In this document: positions 49,635 through 61,059 of the stretch, in pieces
Position numbering within the stretch: the first letter of the stretch is position 1
Layout of the letters: every line of letters starts with the position of its first letter
From: Longimicrobiales bacterium
GTDB lineage: Bacteria > Gemmatimonadota > Gemmatimonadetes > Longimicrobiales > Gaopeijiaceae
DNA length: 64,000 nt
Reading direction: 5' to 3'
NCBI GenBank assembly: GCA_965238005.1
Contig: OZ250165.1
Span: 3,424,001 to 3,488,000 of the forward strand
Notes under the pieces: generated by a model
What the model saw: the letters and a program-made list of their open reading frames with translations, nothing else
The model's database searches: none
Told to the model about the DNA's origin: nothing
Made by a program: the position numbers and the translations under genes

Positions 49635-50675
49635 TCACACGTTGAACCGCACGTGCATGATGTCGCCGTCGGCGACGACGTAGTCCTTTCCCTCGACCTG
49701 GAGACGTCCCGCGTCCTTCACCGCCTGCTCCGAGCCGTACTCCATGAAGGTCTCATACGGCATGACCTCGGCACGGATGAACCCACGCTCCAGGTCGGAG
49801 TGAATCCGTCCCGCGGCGAGTCGGGCTCTGGTGCCCCGGCGGATGGTCCACGCCCGCACCTCGTCGTGCCACACGGTGAAGAACGAGATGAGGTCCAGGA
49901 GGCCATAGGCGGTCCGGATGAACCTGGCGAGGGCGGACTCGCCGAGGCCCAGGTCTTCGAGAAAGGCGACCTGGTCTTCGGCATCGAGTCCGGCGATCTC
50001 GGCTTCCACGCTCGCCGAGAGCACGAGACCAGCGGCGTGTAGCTCGCTCACGCGGGACTCGAGATCGGGAGGCAAGGGCTCGGCCGCTTGGTCCTCGGCG
50101 CGATTCAGGGCCACGAGGAGGGACCGGTCCGTGAGCAAGCCGAAACCTCTCAGATGGTCGCGATTCAGCTCCTCGGCCGGGACGGATCGCAACGGGCGCT
50201 CCTCCTCCAGCGCCGCTTTCATCGTCTCGAACGAGGCCACCTCCTGCGCGTCGGCCTGCTCCTTTCGTGCTCGGTCGAGCCGCCGCTCGATGATCTCGTG
50301 GTCGGCGAAGACACACTCGGCGTGGAAGGCCTCAAGATCCCCCATGGGATCGGGGTCACCGTCGAGCGCGGGATTGGGAAAGTCCCTGAGCACCAGACAA
50401 AGCGCCTCCTGATCGCGGATCTGTTGGAGAGCCCGAGGCGAGAGGCCCTTCTTCTCGGCGCCGTGCTCCCCGGGGATGTCGCAGAAGCTCATCTCCGCAT
50501 ACGTGGTCTTCTTCGGCGAGAAGATGCGGGACAGCTCGTCGATCCGCGCGTCGGGCACCCTCACGGTGCCCAGGCGCACTTCGCCGCCGAAACCTACGGG
50601 CACGCCCAGGCCCGTCATCGCGTTGAACACCGTGGTCTTCCCTGAGCCCGCGAATCCAACCAAACCGATCTTCAT
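49635..50675 (-). CDS. ychF: YchF-family ribosome-binding ATPase
   Basis: GFAGSGKTT, DIPG, AGRIHSDLERGFIRAE, EGKDYVVADGD. Confidence 0.9.
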   Translation of the reverse strand: MKIGLVGFAGSGKTTVFNAMTGLGVPVGFGGEVRLGTVRVPDARIDELSRIFSPKKTTYAEMSFCDIPGEHGAEKKGLSPRALQQIRDQEALCLVLRDFPNPALDGDPDPMGDLEAFHAECVFADHEIIERRLDRARKEQADAQEVASFETMKAALEEERPLRSVPAEELNRDHLRGFGLLTDRSLLVALNRAEDQAAEPLPPDLESRVSELHAAGLVLSASVEAEIAGLDAEDQVAFLEDLGLGESALARFIRTAYGLLDLISFFTVWHDEVRAWTIRRGTRARLAAGRIHSDLERGFIRAEVMPYETFMEYGSEQAVKDAGRLQVEGKDYVVADGDIMHVRFNV

Positions 50676-51223
50676 ACCTTCTCCGTTTTTCGAGGAAGGA
50701 TACATCATCGCGGGCCGATTGGTAGAATCTTCGCCAAGTCGGCAAACTGTGCTGCCCTTTTGCGACTTTTCCACACCGGAAAAGCCCGTCGAGCGGCCCC
50801 TCGCCACTGGCACGAATCTCGCAGCCGATAGGCTCTCGCAGTACCACAGAAGCATCTCCACCGATCTTCCTCACCTCGAGGCGATGCGTCAGGAGAAGCC
50901 CCGAAACGGGAGATCTCCCATGCGTATCTTCTCGTTCCCACCTCGTGCCGGATGCGCCGGCCCGGGTCACTACCTGCTCGCCCTGCAGGTTTGCCCCAGA
51001 CATTGGGATGGCGAACAGTGCTCGGCTCCTGGAGACCCGAACCATGTATAGGGCACCGGGCTCATCGGGCGGCACCGGGTTCTTCGTCCTCTTCCTCGTG
51101 GTTTGCGGCGCCCTGTACATGGGGGCGTGCCCGAACTCCACGGGAGATCCAGGACCGGCGGAAGCACAGGTTCGTCCCTGGAGCTACTGAGGCAGCTTGC
51201 CTATGCCGGCAGCACGCTCAGGG

Positions 51224-51250
51224 TTGACAGCCCCCGGCGTCTTCTATCAT
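51224..51250 (+). promoter_or_regulatory. Possible sigma70 promoter for the leu operon
   Basis: TTGACA at 51224 and TATCAT at 51245 (short, 15-bp spacer). Confidence 0.4.
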
Positions 51251-51314
51251 ATCTAAGTGCTTCTTTCTCGTTCACGGTGCGGCACCATGCGCCCCGCCCA
51301 AGGGAGCCCACAGC

Positions 51315-51419
51315 ATGATCTGGACTCAGGCGCTGACCTTTAGCCTTGAGGCCCTTCGACTTATCGGGCTTTTTCGGCCGATGAGAGGGCACCGGTTCGT
51401 GCGGCTCGAGGCAGCCTGA
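51315..51419 (+). CDS. leu operon leader peptide (MIWTQALTFSLEALRLIGLFRPMRGHRFVRLEAA)
   Basis: Six Leu codons, four of them CTT; GAGAGGGC can pair with the terminator 5' arm. Confidence 0.7.
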   Translation: MIWTQALTFSLEALRLIGLFRPMRGHRFVRLEAA

Positions 51420-51448
51420 GCGGGCGAGACCGGAAGCGCGAAATGCGC

Positions 51449-51483
51449 GGGCCCTCTCGGAAACGGGGGGGCCCGGTTTTTTT
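51449..51483 (+). terminator. leu attenuator terminator
   Basis: GGGCCCTCTCG-gaaa-CGGGGGGGCCC followed by a T7 run. Confidence 0.85.
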
Positions 51484-51504
51484 GGGGCTGGCATAGGAAG
51501 AACC

Positions 51505-53061
51505 ATGGCCAAGATCAGAATCTTCGATACGACGCTCCGGGACGGTGAGCAGTCTCCAGGGTGCACGATGTCCACGGCCGAGAAGCTCAGGATGGCGCAT
51601 CAGCTCGACGAGTTGGGCGTCGACGTCATCGAGGCGGGCTTCCCAGTAGCATCGGAGGACGACTTCAACGGCGTGCGATCCATTGTCCGCGAGGTGCGTC
51701 GGCCCATCATCGCAGCCCTGGCGCGGGCGCACCCGGTCGACGTCGACCGGGCGGCGGCGGCGGTGGAGGAAGCGGAGCACGCACGGGTGCACGTCTTCCT
51801 TGCCACTTCGGACGTCCATCTCGAGCACAAGCTGGAGATCACCCGCGACGAATGCCTGGACCAGGTGGTGGAGGCCGTCGAGAGGGCCCGGCGACTCGCC
51901 GATGACGTGGAGTTCAGCGCCGAAGACGCGACCCGGACGGACGTGGCGTTCCTCTGTCAGGTTGTACAGGCAGCAGTGGAGGCAGGCGCCACTACGATCA
52001 ACATCCCCGACACCGTGGGCTACACCTTGCCCAGAGAGTACGCTGCGCTGATAGAGACACTGTTCCGCGACCTTGAGGGTCTGGAGAACACGGTGGTCAG
52101 CGTCCACTGCCACGACGATCTGGGGCTGGCGGTCGCGAACTCTCTGGCCGCCATCGAGGCCGGGGCGCGGCAGGTCGAGTGCACCATCAACGGCATCGGG
52201 GAGCGTGCCGGCAACGCGTCTCTCGAGGAGGTCGTGATGGCCCTCAAGGTGCGTGGGGACTTGACCGAGCACCACACGGACGTCAACACGCGATCCCTGT
52301 ACAAGGCGAGCCAGCTCCTCTCGCACCTGACCGGGATTCACCCCCAACCCAACAAGGCCATCGTGGGCAAGAACGCCTTCGCTCACGAAGCCGGCATCCA
52401 TCAGCACGGCATGCTCAAGGAGAAGATGACGTACGAGATCATGACCCCGGAGATGGTCGGTGCTCCCGGCACCCAGCTGGTCCTCGGGAAGCACTCCGGG
52501 CGGCATGGCCTCAAGAACCGGTACCAGGAGCTGGGTTACGAGCTGGAATCCGAGGAGCTGGACCGGGCCTACAAGCAGTTCACCCTCCTGGCGGACCAGA
52601 AGAAGACGGTCCTCGACGAGGATCTCCTGGTGATCCTGCACCATGAGGCCATGGTGGACACCCCGAGGGCGTTCCGTCTCGTCGAGCTGGACGTGAACTG
52701 CGGCGGCAAGTGGTCCACGGCGCGCGTTCGCGTCACCCACGGTGACGGCCCTCCCATGGAGGCCTCCGGCAAGGGTGACGGTCCCATCGCAGCGGCGTTC
52801 TCGGCCATCGACGAGCTGATCGATGCCACCGTCGCAATCGAGGACTTCAAGATCGTGGCCGCCACTCCGGGCCGGGACGCCGTCGGCGAGGTGAACCTCC
52901 ACGCCCGCATCGGCGGCCAGACCTTCGCCGGCCGGGGGGCGTCGACCGATGTGGTGGACGCCGCGGCCCGCGCCTACATCAATGCCCTCAACAAGGCGGA
53001 GCACGCCAAGGCCCTCGAGGGGATTAAACTGGAGAAGGAAAGCTACCTTTGGGGCGTCTGA
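51505..53061 (+). CDS. leuA: 2-isopropylmalate synthase
   Basis: FDTTLRDGEQSPG, HCHDDLG, GIGERAGN, HEAGIHQ. Confidence 0.97.
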   Translation: MAKIRIFDTTLRDGEQSPGCTMSTAEKLRMAHQLDELGVDVIEAGFPVASEDDFNGVRSIVREVRRPIIAALARAHPVDVDRAAAAVEEAEHARVHVFLATSDVHLEHKLEITRDECLDQVVEAVERARRLADDVEFSAEDATRTDVAFLCQVVQAAVEAGATTINIPDTVGYTLPREYAALIETLFRDLEGLENTVVSVHCHDDLGLAVANSLAAIEAGARQVECTINGIGERAGNASLEEVVMALKVRGDLTEHHTDVNTRSLYKASQLLSHLTGIHPQPNKAIVGKNAFAHEAGIHQHGMLKEKMTYEIMTPEMVGAPGTQLVLGKHSGRHGLKNRYQELGYELESEELDRAYKQFTLLADQKKTVLDEDLLVILHHEAMVDTPRAFRLVELDVNCGGKWSTARVRVTHGDGPPMEASGKGDGPIAAAFSAIDELIDATVAIEDFKIVAATPGRDAVGEVNLHARIGGQTFAGRGASTDVVDAAARAYINALNKAEHAKALEGIKLEKESYLWGV

Positions 53062-53062
53062 C

Positions 53063-54208
53063 ATGAATTGGCGCATCGCCGTTCTCCCCGGGGATGGAGT
53101 GGGCTCCGAGGTAATCGACGCAGCCGTTATGGTGCTTCGGGCGACAGCCAAGCGCTTCGGTCACGAAGCGAGCCTGGACTTCCACGACGTGGGCTGGACC
53201 GCCTACGACCGCCACGGCGTCCCGCTCCCCGAAGACACCCTGGAGGCCTGTCGGTCGGCAGACGCCGTGCTCCTGGGAGCCGTCGGCGATCCCCGCGGAG
53301 ACGGCCTCGATCCCGAGGTACGGCCGGAGGCGGCTCTCCTGGCCTTGCGGCAGGAGATGGGGTGCTTCGCCAACCTTCGTCCGGTTCGTCTCCTCGCCGC
53401 CCTCGCGGACGCGTCTCCACTGCGCCGCGAACGTGTCGACGGCACCGACCTGGTGATCGTCCGCGAGCTGGCCGGCGGGATCTACTACGGACAGCCCCGC
53501 GGCGCCGTCGACGGCGGCCAGGCCGCAGTGGACACCATGCGGTACCACCGGGACGAAGTCGTCAGGATTGCCAAGGTAGCGTTCGAGACGGCCCGGGGCC
53601 GGCGGAAGAAGGTCCTCTCCATCGACAAGGCCAACGTCCTCCACACCTCGAGACTCTGGCGCAAGGTGGTCGACGGCGTGGCGGAGGATTATCCCGACGT
53701 GGAGTGCCATCACATGCTCGTCGACCGGGCCGCCATGGAGCTCGTGCTCAATCCCACCGGCCTCGACGTGATGCTCACGCCGAACCTGTTCGGCGACGTG
53801 CTGAGCGACGAGGCCGCCGCGGTGGTGGGATCCATCGGGCTGCTTGCTTCCGCGAGCATTGGTGGAGACGGTGGGATCTTCGAGCCGGTCCACGGCTCGG
53901 CCCCGGACATCGCAGGAACGGGCACTGCCAATCCCCTCGCCACCATTCTGTCGGCGGCACTGCTGCTCCGTCACGTCTACGGACACGAGGCGGAGGCCAG
54001 GGCCATCGAAGCCGCGGTGGAGCAGGTCCTGGAGGGCGGGCTGCGGACACCGGACCTGGCTCGTGGCGATGAGCCAGCGGTTGGAACGGAAGCCATGGGT
54101 AAAGCGGTGGCCGATGCGGTCAGCAGGGCCGAGGCCGCAGCGAGTGCCGAGGCCGGTGCCGTGACCGGCGTCGACGTGGCGAGCGAAGAGGCGTCATCCC
54201 ATGCCTAG
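53063..54208 (+). CDS. leuB: 3-isopropylmalate dehydrogenase
   Basis: [35 protein letters not shown]. Confidence 0.97.
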   Translation: MNWRIAVLPGDGVGSEVIDAAVMVLRATAKRFGHEASLDFHDVGWTAYDRHGVPLPEDTLEACRSADAVLLGAVGDPRGDGLDPEVRPEAALLALRQEMGCFANLRPVRLLAALADASPLRRERVDGTDLVIVRELAGGIYYGQPRGAVDGGQAAVDTMRYHRDEVVRIAKVAFETARGRRKKVLSIDKANVLHTSRLWRKVVDGVAEDYPDVECHHMLVDRAAMELVLNPTGLDVMLTPNLFGDVLSDEAAAVVGSIGLLASASIGGDGGIFEPVHGSAPDIAGTGTANPLATILSAALLLRHVYGHEAEARAIEAAVEQVLEGGLRTPDLARGDEPAVGTEAMGKAVADAVSRAEAAASAEAGAVTGVDVASEEASSHA

Positions 54209-55601
54209 GACGATGCTGGACAAGATCTGGGACGCCCATCTCGTGCACAGCGAGGAGGGCAGGCCGGACCTCCTTTACATCGATCTCCACCTCCTCCACG
54301 AGGTGACCTCGGCGCAGGCGTTCGAGGGGCTTCGCCTGGCGGGCCGGACTGTGCGGCGTCCCGAGCTTTGCGTGGCCACTGTCGACCACAACGTGCCCAC
54401 CACCGACCGCTCCCTTCCCATCCTCGACGACCTGGCCCGTCTCCAGATCCAGGCGCTCGGCAAGAACGCGCAGGAATTCGGAATCGAGCTTTTCGACGTC
54501 GACAGCCCCCACCAGGGGATCGTTCACGTCATCGGACCGGAGATGGGTTTCACCCAGCCTGGAATGACCATCGTGTGCGGCGACAGCCACACGTCGACGC
54601 ACGGAGCGTTCGGGGCTCTGGCCATGGGGATCGGCACATCCCAGGTCGAGCACGTGCTGGCGACCCAGTGCCTGCCCAGGGCCCGGCCCAAGTCGTTGGA
54701 GATCCGGGTCAATGGGGAGCTGCCGCCTGGAGTGACGGCGAAAGACCTGATCCTCGGCATCATCGCCCAGATCGGGATAGCGGGCGGCACCGGCCAGGTC
54801 ATCGAGTACACGGGCGAGGCAATCCGCGCTCTCTCCATGGAGGAGCGCATGACGGTCTGCAACATGTCCATCGAAGCGGGTGCCCGCGCCGGCATGATCG
54901 CCCCTGACGAAACCACCTTCCGCTATCTGGAGGGACGGCCCAGGGCGCCCCAGGGGGAAGCATTCGAGCACGCCGTGTCCCGTTGGCGGGGGCTCGCCAC
55001 CGACGAAGGGTCCACCTTCGACAAGAGCGTGGAGGTCGATGCAGCGTCCCTGGAGCCCTTCGTCACATGGGGGACCAACCCGGGGATGTCGATCCCGGTC
55101 TCGGGAAGCATCCCAGGGCCCGAATCCGCAACATCGGCCGACGATCTGGAGGCGGTGGAGCGGGCTCTCGCCTACATGGACCTGAAGCCCGGCACTCCCA
55201 TCCAGGAGGTCTCAATCGACCGGGTCTTCCTGGGCTCCTGCACCAACGCCCGAATCGAGGATCTGCGGGCCGCCGCCTCGGTCCTGGACGGTCACGAAGT
55301 CCACGAGAGTGTCCGTGCCATGGTGGTCCCGGGATCGGCGGCGGTGAAACGCGCCGCCGAAGAAGAGGGCCTCGACCGGGTCTTCATCGAGGCGGGCTTC
55401 GAGTGGCGGGAAGCGGGGTGCTCCATGTGCTTGGGGATGAACCCGGACATCCTGGGCCCCGGCGAGCGCTGCGCATCCACCTCCAACCGTAACTTCGAGG
55501 GACGCCAGGGGCGGGGGGGACGAACGCACCTGGTGAGCCCGCAGATGGCGGCGGCCGCGGCCGTAGCCGGCCACTTCGTCGACATTCGGGACTGGGTCTG
55601 A
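54201..55601 (+). CDS. leuC: 3-isopropylmalate dehydratase large subunit
   Basis: [32 protein letters not shown]. Confidence 0.97.
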   Translation: MPRTMLDKIWDAHLVHSEEGRPDLLYIDLHLLHEVTSAQAFEGLRLAGRTVRRPELCVATVDHNVPTTDRSLPILDDLARLQIQALGKNAQEFGIELFDVDSPHQGIVHVIGPEMGFTQPGMTIVCGDSHTSTHGAFGALAMGIGTSQVEHVLATQCLPRARPKSLEIRVNGELPPGVTAKDLILGIIAQIGIAGGTGQVIEYTGEAIRALSMEERMTVCNMSIEAGARAGMIAPDETTFRYLEGRPRAPQGEAFEHAVSRWRGLATDEGSTFDKSVEVDAASLEPFVTWGTNPGMSIPVSGSIPGPESATSADDLEAVERALAYMDLKPGTPIQEVSIDRVFLGSCTNARIEDLRAAASVLDGHEVHESVRAMVVPGSAAVKRAAEEEGLDRVFIEAGFEWREAGCSMCLGMNPDILGPGERCASTSNRNFEGRQGRGGRTHLVSPQMAAAAAVAGHFVDIRDWV

Positions 55602-55604
55602 CCC

Positions 55605-56207
55605 GTGGAGCCTTTCACCACACACACCGGGCTGGTGGCGCCGTTGGATCGCGTCGACGTAGACACAGATCAGATCATCCCGAAGCAGTTCCTGAAGCGG
55701 ATCGAGCGCACCGGATACGGCCAGTTTCTCTTTCACGATTGGCGCGCCCGTGAGGACGGCTCCCTGGACCCGGACTTCTCCCTCAACCGCCCCGAGTACG
55801 CCGGAGCCAGCATCCTCGTCGCGGGCCGAAACTTCGGCTGCGGCTCGTCCCGGGAGCACGCGCCCTGGGCGCTGACCGACTTCGGGTTCCGGGCCGTCAT
55901 CGTCCCAAGCTTCGCGGACATCTTCAAGAGCAACAGCTTCCAGAATGGCTTGCTGCCCATCGAGCTGGCCGAAGACGAGATCGCGCATGTCATGGTGGCG
56001 GCCCAGTCCGGCGACGGCTACTCCCTGAGGGTGGATCTGGAAGCGCAGCTGGTCAGTGACGGAAACGCCTGGCAGGCAGACTTCTCCGTCGATCCCTTCC
56101 GGCGGCGCTGCCTTCTGAACGGCTTAGACGACATCGCCCTCACCCTCCAGCTCGAAAGCCGGATCCAGGTGTTCGAGGACGCGCGGAGGGCAGCGGCCAC
56201 GGGTTGA
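55605..56207 (+). CDS. leuD: 3-isopropylmalate dehydratase small subunit
   Basis: [22 protein letters not shown]. Confidence 0.97.
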   Translation: MEPFTTHTGLVAPLDRVDVDTDQIIPKQFLKRIERTGYGQFLFHDWRAREDGSLDPDFSLNRPEYAGASILVAGRNFGCGSSREHAPWALTDFGFRAVIVPSFADIFKSNSFQNGLLPIELAEDEIAHVMVAAQSGDGYSLRVDLEAQLVSDGNAWQADFSVDPFRRRCLLNGLDDIALTLQLESRIQVFEDARRAAATG

Positions 56208-56223
56208 GTGCCCTCGCGTCGTG

Positions 56224-57909
56224 TCAGCTAGTCGTCGCCCCCGTGGCGGCCGACGACACCAGCCGTGCGTACTTGGCCATGACCCCAGGAGTGATCTTCC
56301 GGTCCGCGGGCCGCCACTCCTTCAGCCTGGCTCGCAACTCATCGTCTCCAAGGTTGACCGAGAGCGTACGGGCCGGAATGTCGAAGGTGATCTCATCGCC
56401 GTCCCGGACGGCGGCGATCGGCCCGCCCGCCACCGCCTCGGGTGCCACATGACCCGCCATGAGCCCGTGCGTCGCACCGGAGAATCGACCGTCGGTGAGG
56501 AGGCCCACCGTTTCGCCCAATCCGGCCCCGGCGATGGCCGCAGTGACCGCCAGCATCTCCCGCATGCCGGGCCCGCCGCGGGGCCCCTCACCCCGGATGA
56601 CCACAACGTCGCCCTCTCGAATCGATCCGGTCTGGACCGCCTCGAAGGCCGCTTCCTCCTCCTCGAAGACGCGGGCCGGCCCCGAGTGGTACGTCCGCTC
56701 GTGGCCGGCCACCTTCAGCACACATCCGTCGGGAGCCAGGTTGCCCTCGAGCACTACCAAGCCGCCCTGTGCTTTGAGGGGATCGGACACGGACCGCACG
56801 ACCTCCTGCCCCGGCGCCTCCATGGCGCCTTCGGTCTCATCCGCCAGTGTCCGTCCGGTGACGGTCATGGCTTCTCCATGCAGGAGTCCGGCATCCAGCA
56901 GCCGTCGCGTGACCAGCGCGACACCGCCCGCTCGGTGCAGGTCGGTGGCCACGAATCGCCCCCCGGGCTTCAGATCGGCGATGAGGGGGGTCCTGGCGCT
57001 GATGCGATCGAAGTCGCGCATTTCGAGCGCTACGCCCGCTTCATGAGCCAGAGCCATCAGGTGGAGCACCGAGTTGGTGGACCCGCCCGTCGCCACGGCG
57101 ACGGCGATCCCGTTCTCCAGGCTCTCGCGCGTGATGATGTCTCGTGGGCGAAGCTCTGACTGGACCAGCTCCACGGCCAGGCGTCCACACGCCCGTGCCA
57201 CCTCTTCCTTGGCAGGGTCGACCGCTGGGACGGATCCACTGCCCATGGGCGAGACCCCCATGGCCTCGAAGACCGTGGCCATGGTGTTGGCCGTGAACTG
57301 GCCACCGCAGGCACCCGGACCCGGGCAGGCCGCTCTCTCGAGGTCATCCAGGTCCTCCTGGCTCATGCGCCCGGCGGCGCACGCGCCGATGCCCTCGAAG
57401 ACGTCCTGGATAGTCACGTCCCGACCTCGATACCGACCGGGCTGGATGGAGCCGCCGTACAGCATGAGCGAGGGCCGATCCAGCCGAGCCATCGCCATGA
57501 CCGTGCCCGGAATGGTCTTGTCACAGCCGGAGAGCGTGACCAGGCCATCGAAGTGGTATCCTAGGGCCACGAGCTCGATGGAGTCCGCCACGACTTCCCT
57601 GCTGACCAGCGATGCTTTCATTCCCACCGTGCCCATGGTGATTCCGTCCGAGACGACGATGGTGTTGAACTCGAGGGCCACGCCCCCCGCTTCCCGGACG
57701 CCCTCCTTCACCCAGGCGCCGAGCCCCCGAAGATGGGCGTTGCAGGGAGTGGTGTCGGTCCAGGTGTTGGCGACGCCGATCAAGGGCCGGCCGAAGTCGT
57801 CATCCCCTAGGCCGACTGCCCGCAGCATCGAACGAGCGGCGGCGCGGTCCCGTCCGAGGACGAGGTCGTGGCTGATGAGCGGAAGCCGACGGGTAGATTC
57901 ACCACTCAT
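56224..57909 (-). CDS. ilvD: Dihydroxy-acid dehydratase
   Basis: [35 protein letters not shown]. Confidence 0.96.
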   Translation of the reverse strand: MSGESTRRLPLISHDLVLGRDRAAARSMLRAVGLGDDDFGRPLIGVANTWTDTTPCNAHLRGLGAWVKEGVREAGGVALEFNTIVVSDGITMGTVGMKASLVSREVVADSIELVALGYHFDGLVTLSGCDKTIPGTVMAMARLDRPSLMLYGGSIQPGRYRGRDVTIQDVFEGIGACAAGRMSQEDLDDLERAACPGPGACGGQFTANTMATVFEAMGVSPMGSGSVPAVDPAKEEVARACGRLAVELVQSELRPRDIITRESLENGIAVAVATGGSTNSVLHLMALAHEAGVALEMRDFDRISARTPLIADLKPGGRFVATDLHRAGGVALVTRRLLDAGLLHGEAMTVTGRTLADETEGAMEAPGQEVVRSVSDPLKAQGGLVVLEGNLAPDGCVLKVAGHERTYHSGPARVFEEEEAAFEAVQTGSIREGDVVVIRGEGPRGGPGMREMLAVTAAIAGAGLGETVGLLTDGRFSGATHGLMAGHVAPEAVAGGPIAAVRDGDEITFDIPARTLSVNLGDDELRARLKEWRPADRKITPGVMAKYARLVSSAATGATTS

Positions 57910-58859
57910 CGGACGGAAACCCGCTTCGGTTGATGCACCAGGCTCCTCCACCCGTAGGGATCCGGCCGTTTTCCACGGACCAGATCCATGTACTCCTTCT
58001 GCAGCCACTTGGTGAGGGGACCGACGCCCCCATCCGCGACCGGGATCCGGTCGACGCTTCGGACAGGAGTGATCTCTGCGGCGGTTCCGGTCAGGAAGAG
58101 CTCCTCGGCCAGGTAGAGCATCTCCCTGGGTATGGCTTGTTCTCGTGCGGGAATCCCGAGATCATTTGCCAAGGTCAGCACCGAATCCCGCGTGATCCCG
58201 CGGAGGTTGGTGCCGTCGAGGGGCGGCGTCATGAGCGTGCCCCCGCTCACGACGAAGAGGTTCTGGGCGCTGGCCTCGCTGACCAGCCCATCCGGCCGTA
58301 GGCCGATGGCCTCGGCGTACCCGTTCGCCTCCGCCTCCATCTTCATGAGCTGGCTCGCCAGGTAGGTGCCGCCGGCCTTGGCCATGGTGGGCAGGGTGTT
58401 CGGCGCCGGCCGACTCCAGCTCGAGACGCAGACGTCCACGCCCTCCACGAGGGCAGCCGAGCCCAGGTACTGCCCCCACGGCCAGGAGACGACGTACGTC
58501 TCCACCGGGCTGGCGCCGGGGTGCACCCCCAGGGCCCCGAGGCCGCGAAAGGCCACAGGACGGATATAGCCCGAGCTCAGTCCGTTGGCTCGCACGACCT
58601 CACGGCACGCCTCGGCCAGGGTCTCGGCGCTCACGTCCATGGGCATGCGATAGATCCGTGCGGAGTCGAGAAAGCGCTTCACATGGCCCTCGAGCCGGAA
58701 GATGGACGGGCCGTCCGGTGTCTCGTAGAACCGGATCCCCTCGAACACCGACGAGCCGTAGTGCACCACGTGACTCATGACGTGGAGCTGTCCGGCATCC
58801 CAAGGGACGATCTCCCCGTCTTTCCAGATCCAGTCGGTCTTCCCTGAGAACTCAGCCAT
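57906..58859 (-). CDS. ilvE: Branched-chain amino acid aminotransferase
   Basis: [29 protein letters not shown]. Confidence 0.96.
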   Translation of the reverse strand: MAEFSGKTDWIWKDGEIVPWDAGQLHVMSHVVHYGSSVFEGIRFYETPDGPSIFRLEGHVKRFLDSARIYRMPMDVSAETLAEACREVVRANGLSSGYIRPVAFRGLGALGVHPGASPVETYVVSWPWGQYLGSAALVEGVDVCVSSWSRPAPNTLPTMAKAGGTYLASQLMKMEAEANGYAEAIGLRPDGLVSEASAQNLFVVSGGTLMTPPLDGTNLRGITRDSVLTLANDLGIPAREQAIPREMLYLAEELFLTGTAAEITPVRSVDRIPVADGGVGPLTKWLQKEYMDLVRGKRPDPYGWRSLVHQPKRVSVR

Positions 58860-58879
58860 GGCGGGCCTCGCTTCCTCGC

Positions 58880-59341
58880 TCACAGCCAAGCCATACGACC
58901 GACGACAGCCACTCGTCGGCGGTCCAACAGAGTGCGGTCGGCATCGGCCGCCTCGAAGAACCTCTTGTCGAACTCTTGTTCACTCATGTCCTCGTCCTTC
59001 CAATTGATTGGGTTTCGTGTTCGCTCTTGCGGGGATGAGAAGCTCCCCGGTCCTGGAAGCGCTCGACAGCTCCCCTCGTCGCCAGACCCGTTAACCAGGT
59101 TGGTGGCCCCGGGCCCGCTGGTGGCGACACACACCCCGGTCCGCCCCGTGGCACGGGCGTAGCCGTCCGCCGCGTGGGCGGCCGCCTGCTCGTGCCTAGT
59201 GAGCACGTGGCGAAGGCCCTCGCTCCCGTAGAGCGCATCGTAGAACGGGAGGATCGCCCCGCCCGGATGGCCCAAGAGGACCCAGACGTCCTCGGCCAGG
59301 AGGGCCTCGCAGAGCAGATCGGCTCCGGCCACGGTGCTCAT
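58880..59341 (-). pseudogene. ilvB: Collapsed ilvB/(ilvN)/ilvC remnant
   Basis: ilvB N-terminus ([31 protein letters not shown]), then RBS and MSEQ...RRVAVVG (ilvC start) joined to MAWL* (ilvC end). Confidence 0.85.
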
Positions 59342-59451
59342 GGCCGGCGTCGCACAGCAGCGCAGGGCGGAGCCATCGCTCGCGACCCGGAGCCGAAGGC
59401 ACGGGTGGGTGCAGAAAAGGTGATCTCTTGCATGGCCGCTTCTCCAGGGCC

Positions 59452-59488
59452 AGAAAGAAGCGGGCCCTCCCGTTTCGAGAGGGCCCGC
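59452..59488 (-). terminator. ilv attenuator terminator
   Basis: GCGGGCCCTCTCG-aaa-CGGGAGGGCCCGC followed by TTCTTTCT. Confidence 0.8.
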
Positions 59489-59513
59489 CGCCGTGCTCTG
59501 CTTTGCTTCCGGT

Positions 59514-59624
59514 CTATGTCGCTTCGGGCAAAGCGCACCCGGGCCCTCTCTCGACGAGCTCGCTAATAGGGAGCCCGTCGAGCGTAATAACGCTAACGAC
59601 GAGGGTCGGTGTGCGGTTTGACAT
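59514..59624 (-). CDS. ilv leader peptide ([36 protein letters not shown])
   Basis: Val/Ile/Leu cluster; GAGAGGGCCC antiterminator complementary to the terminator 5' arm. Confidence 0.75.
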   Translation of the reverse strand: MSNRTPTLVVSVITLDGLPISELVERGPGCALPEAT

Positions 59625-59851
59625 CAGTTCGACGTGCCGGTCTCGGTCCGTTCCTTCGATGCTCATGTCCTACAATTAACCGCTCAAGGAAACAGATGGC
59701 GTGTGGGAAGTCAAGGGAAAGTTTTTAGAGGCTGCTCACCCCTACCGAAACCTGCCCCTCCCAGCCACCGTACGCTCCGGAAGGGAGAGCCGTCTCTTCT
59801 GCCCCACACGACAGACACCGGTCGGACCCGACCTCTACGAGAATCGAACGC

Positions 59852-60666
59852 TATGGAACGCCTGACTCGAGACCTCCGCTACGCCGCCCGCCGCCTCCTC
59901 AAGAAGCCGGTGTCTTCAGCGGGGTGGCGTCATCGCGATTGAGCTTCATCCAGACGGACGTCGAGGGTGGCGTGGAGATGGTCCCGGCAGACTCGTGAGC
60001 GGCAGCTACTTCCCGCTGCTCGGCGTTCCCGCGCATATCGGCCGAACGCTGCTTCCCGAGGACAACGTCTCTCCCGGGGGTCACTACGTGGTGATGCTCG
60101 ACTATGGCTTCTGGCAGCGGCGGTACGGGGGGGATCCGTCGGTGGTGGGACAGGAGATCAGGCTGAACGGGCGAGCCTATTCCATCGTGGGGGTGGTGCC
60201 GGAGGAGGGGGGACGGCCGGGCTGGTCTTCGGATAGGCGCCGGCCCTTCAGGCGAGCAAGGCGGACATCGCCTCGACCCTGAAGGACGAAGGCACGGGCG
60301 GTGGGCGCCCCGGGCGCGTGACGCTCAGGAGCGCCCTGGTGGTGACGCAGGTGGCCGTGTCCCTCATGCTCCTCATCGGGGCCGGCCTCTTCCCGCGAAG
60401 CCCGCACCGCTGTGGATCCGGGATTCGGAGCCAACCCGGCAGCTATCGTCACGATCCAGACCGCAGCGGATCGGTACTCGACGGACGAAGCTCGAGTGTT
60501 CTTCCGCTCCTTCCGCAAAGAGGCGCTTCGGCTTCCCAGGGTGACCGCCGTGGGTATGTCCGGAGACCAGCCCTGCGTGCTGGCGTTGGTGGTATGGCTG
60601 GCCGCGTGGATACCGGCGCGGCGGGCGGGCAGGATCGACCCCGTAAGGGCGCTGAGGGCGGAGTAG
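59852..60666 (+). pseudogene. Large ABC permease (MacB/ADOP-like) collapsed to fragments
   Basis: DLRYAARRLLKKP; VSGSYFPLLGV...WQRRYGGDP; LVVTQVAVSLMLLIGAGL; PARRAGRIDPVRALRAE in different frames. Confidence 0.85.
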
Positions 60667-60693
60667 GCCCGGAAAGCCTGCTCCCGCTACGGA

Positions 60694-60858
60694 TCAGGAA
60701 TCTCGCAGACGCTCTTCGATTCTGGCGAGGCGCTCCTCGATCTCGCGGAGCTGGTGGATGATCATGACGTGTGTCTTCTTGGCGTCGATTCCCACCGGGC
60801 TAGAGTCGCTGGCGATCTCTTCCTCGATGGCCCGAACCGTTTCCTCGGGGATGTTCAT
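60694..60858 (-). CDS. Small hypothetical protein
   Basis: RBS AGGAG; SPVGIDAKKTHVMII then coiled coil. Confidence 0.65.
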   Translation of the reverse strand: MNIPEETVRAIEEEIASDSSPVGIDAKKTHVMIIHQLREIEERLARIEERLRDS

Positions 60859-61059
60859 GCATGGCTCCTGAAGGCTAGCGGTGCGTGTGATGAGGCGGGT
60901 GTCTCGTGGGGCTGCGGAACCATACACGGGAGCGCCTCGGCTGGATAGGCAGTCCGAGCGCACCGCAGGTCCCCTGGCAAAGAGGCTCCCGGCACCGAAG
61001 ATTGCCCGTGCAGTCGATTCAGCCGTGCATGCCTCGTCCGGGCCCAGGGCCGCGCGGGA

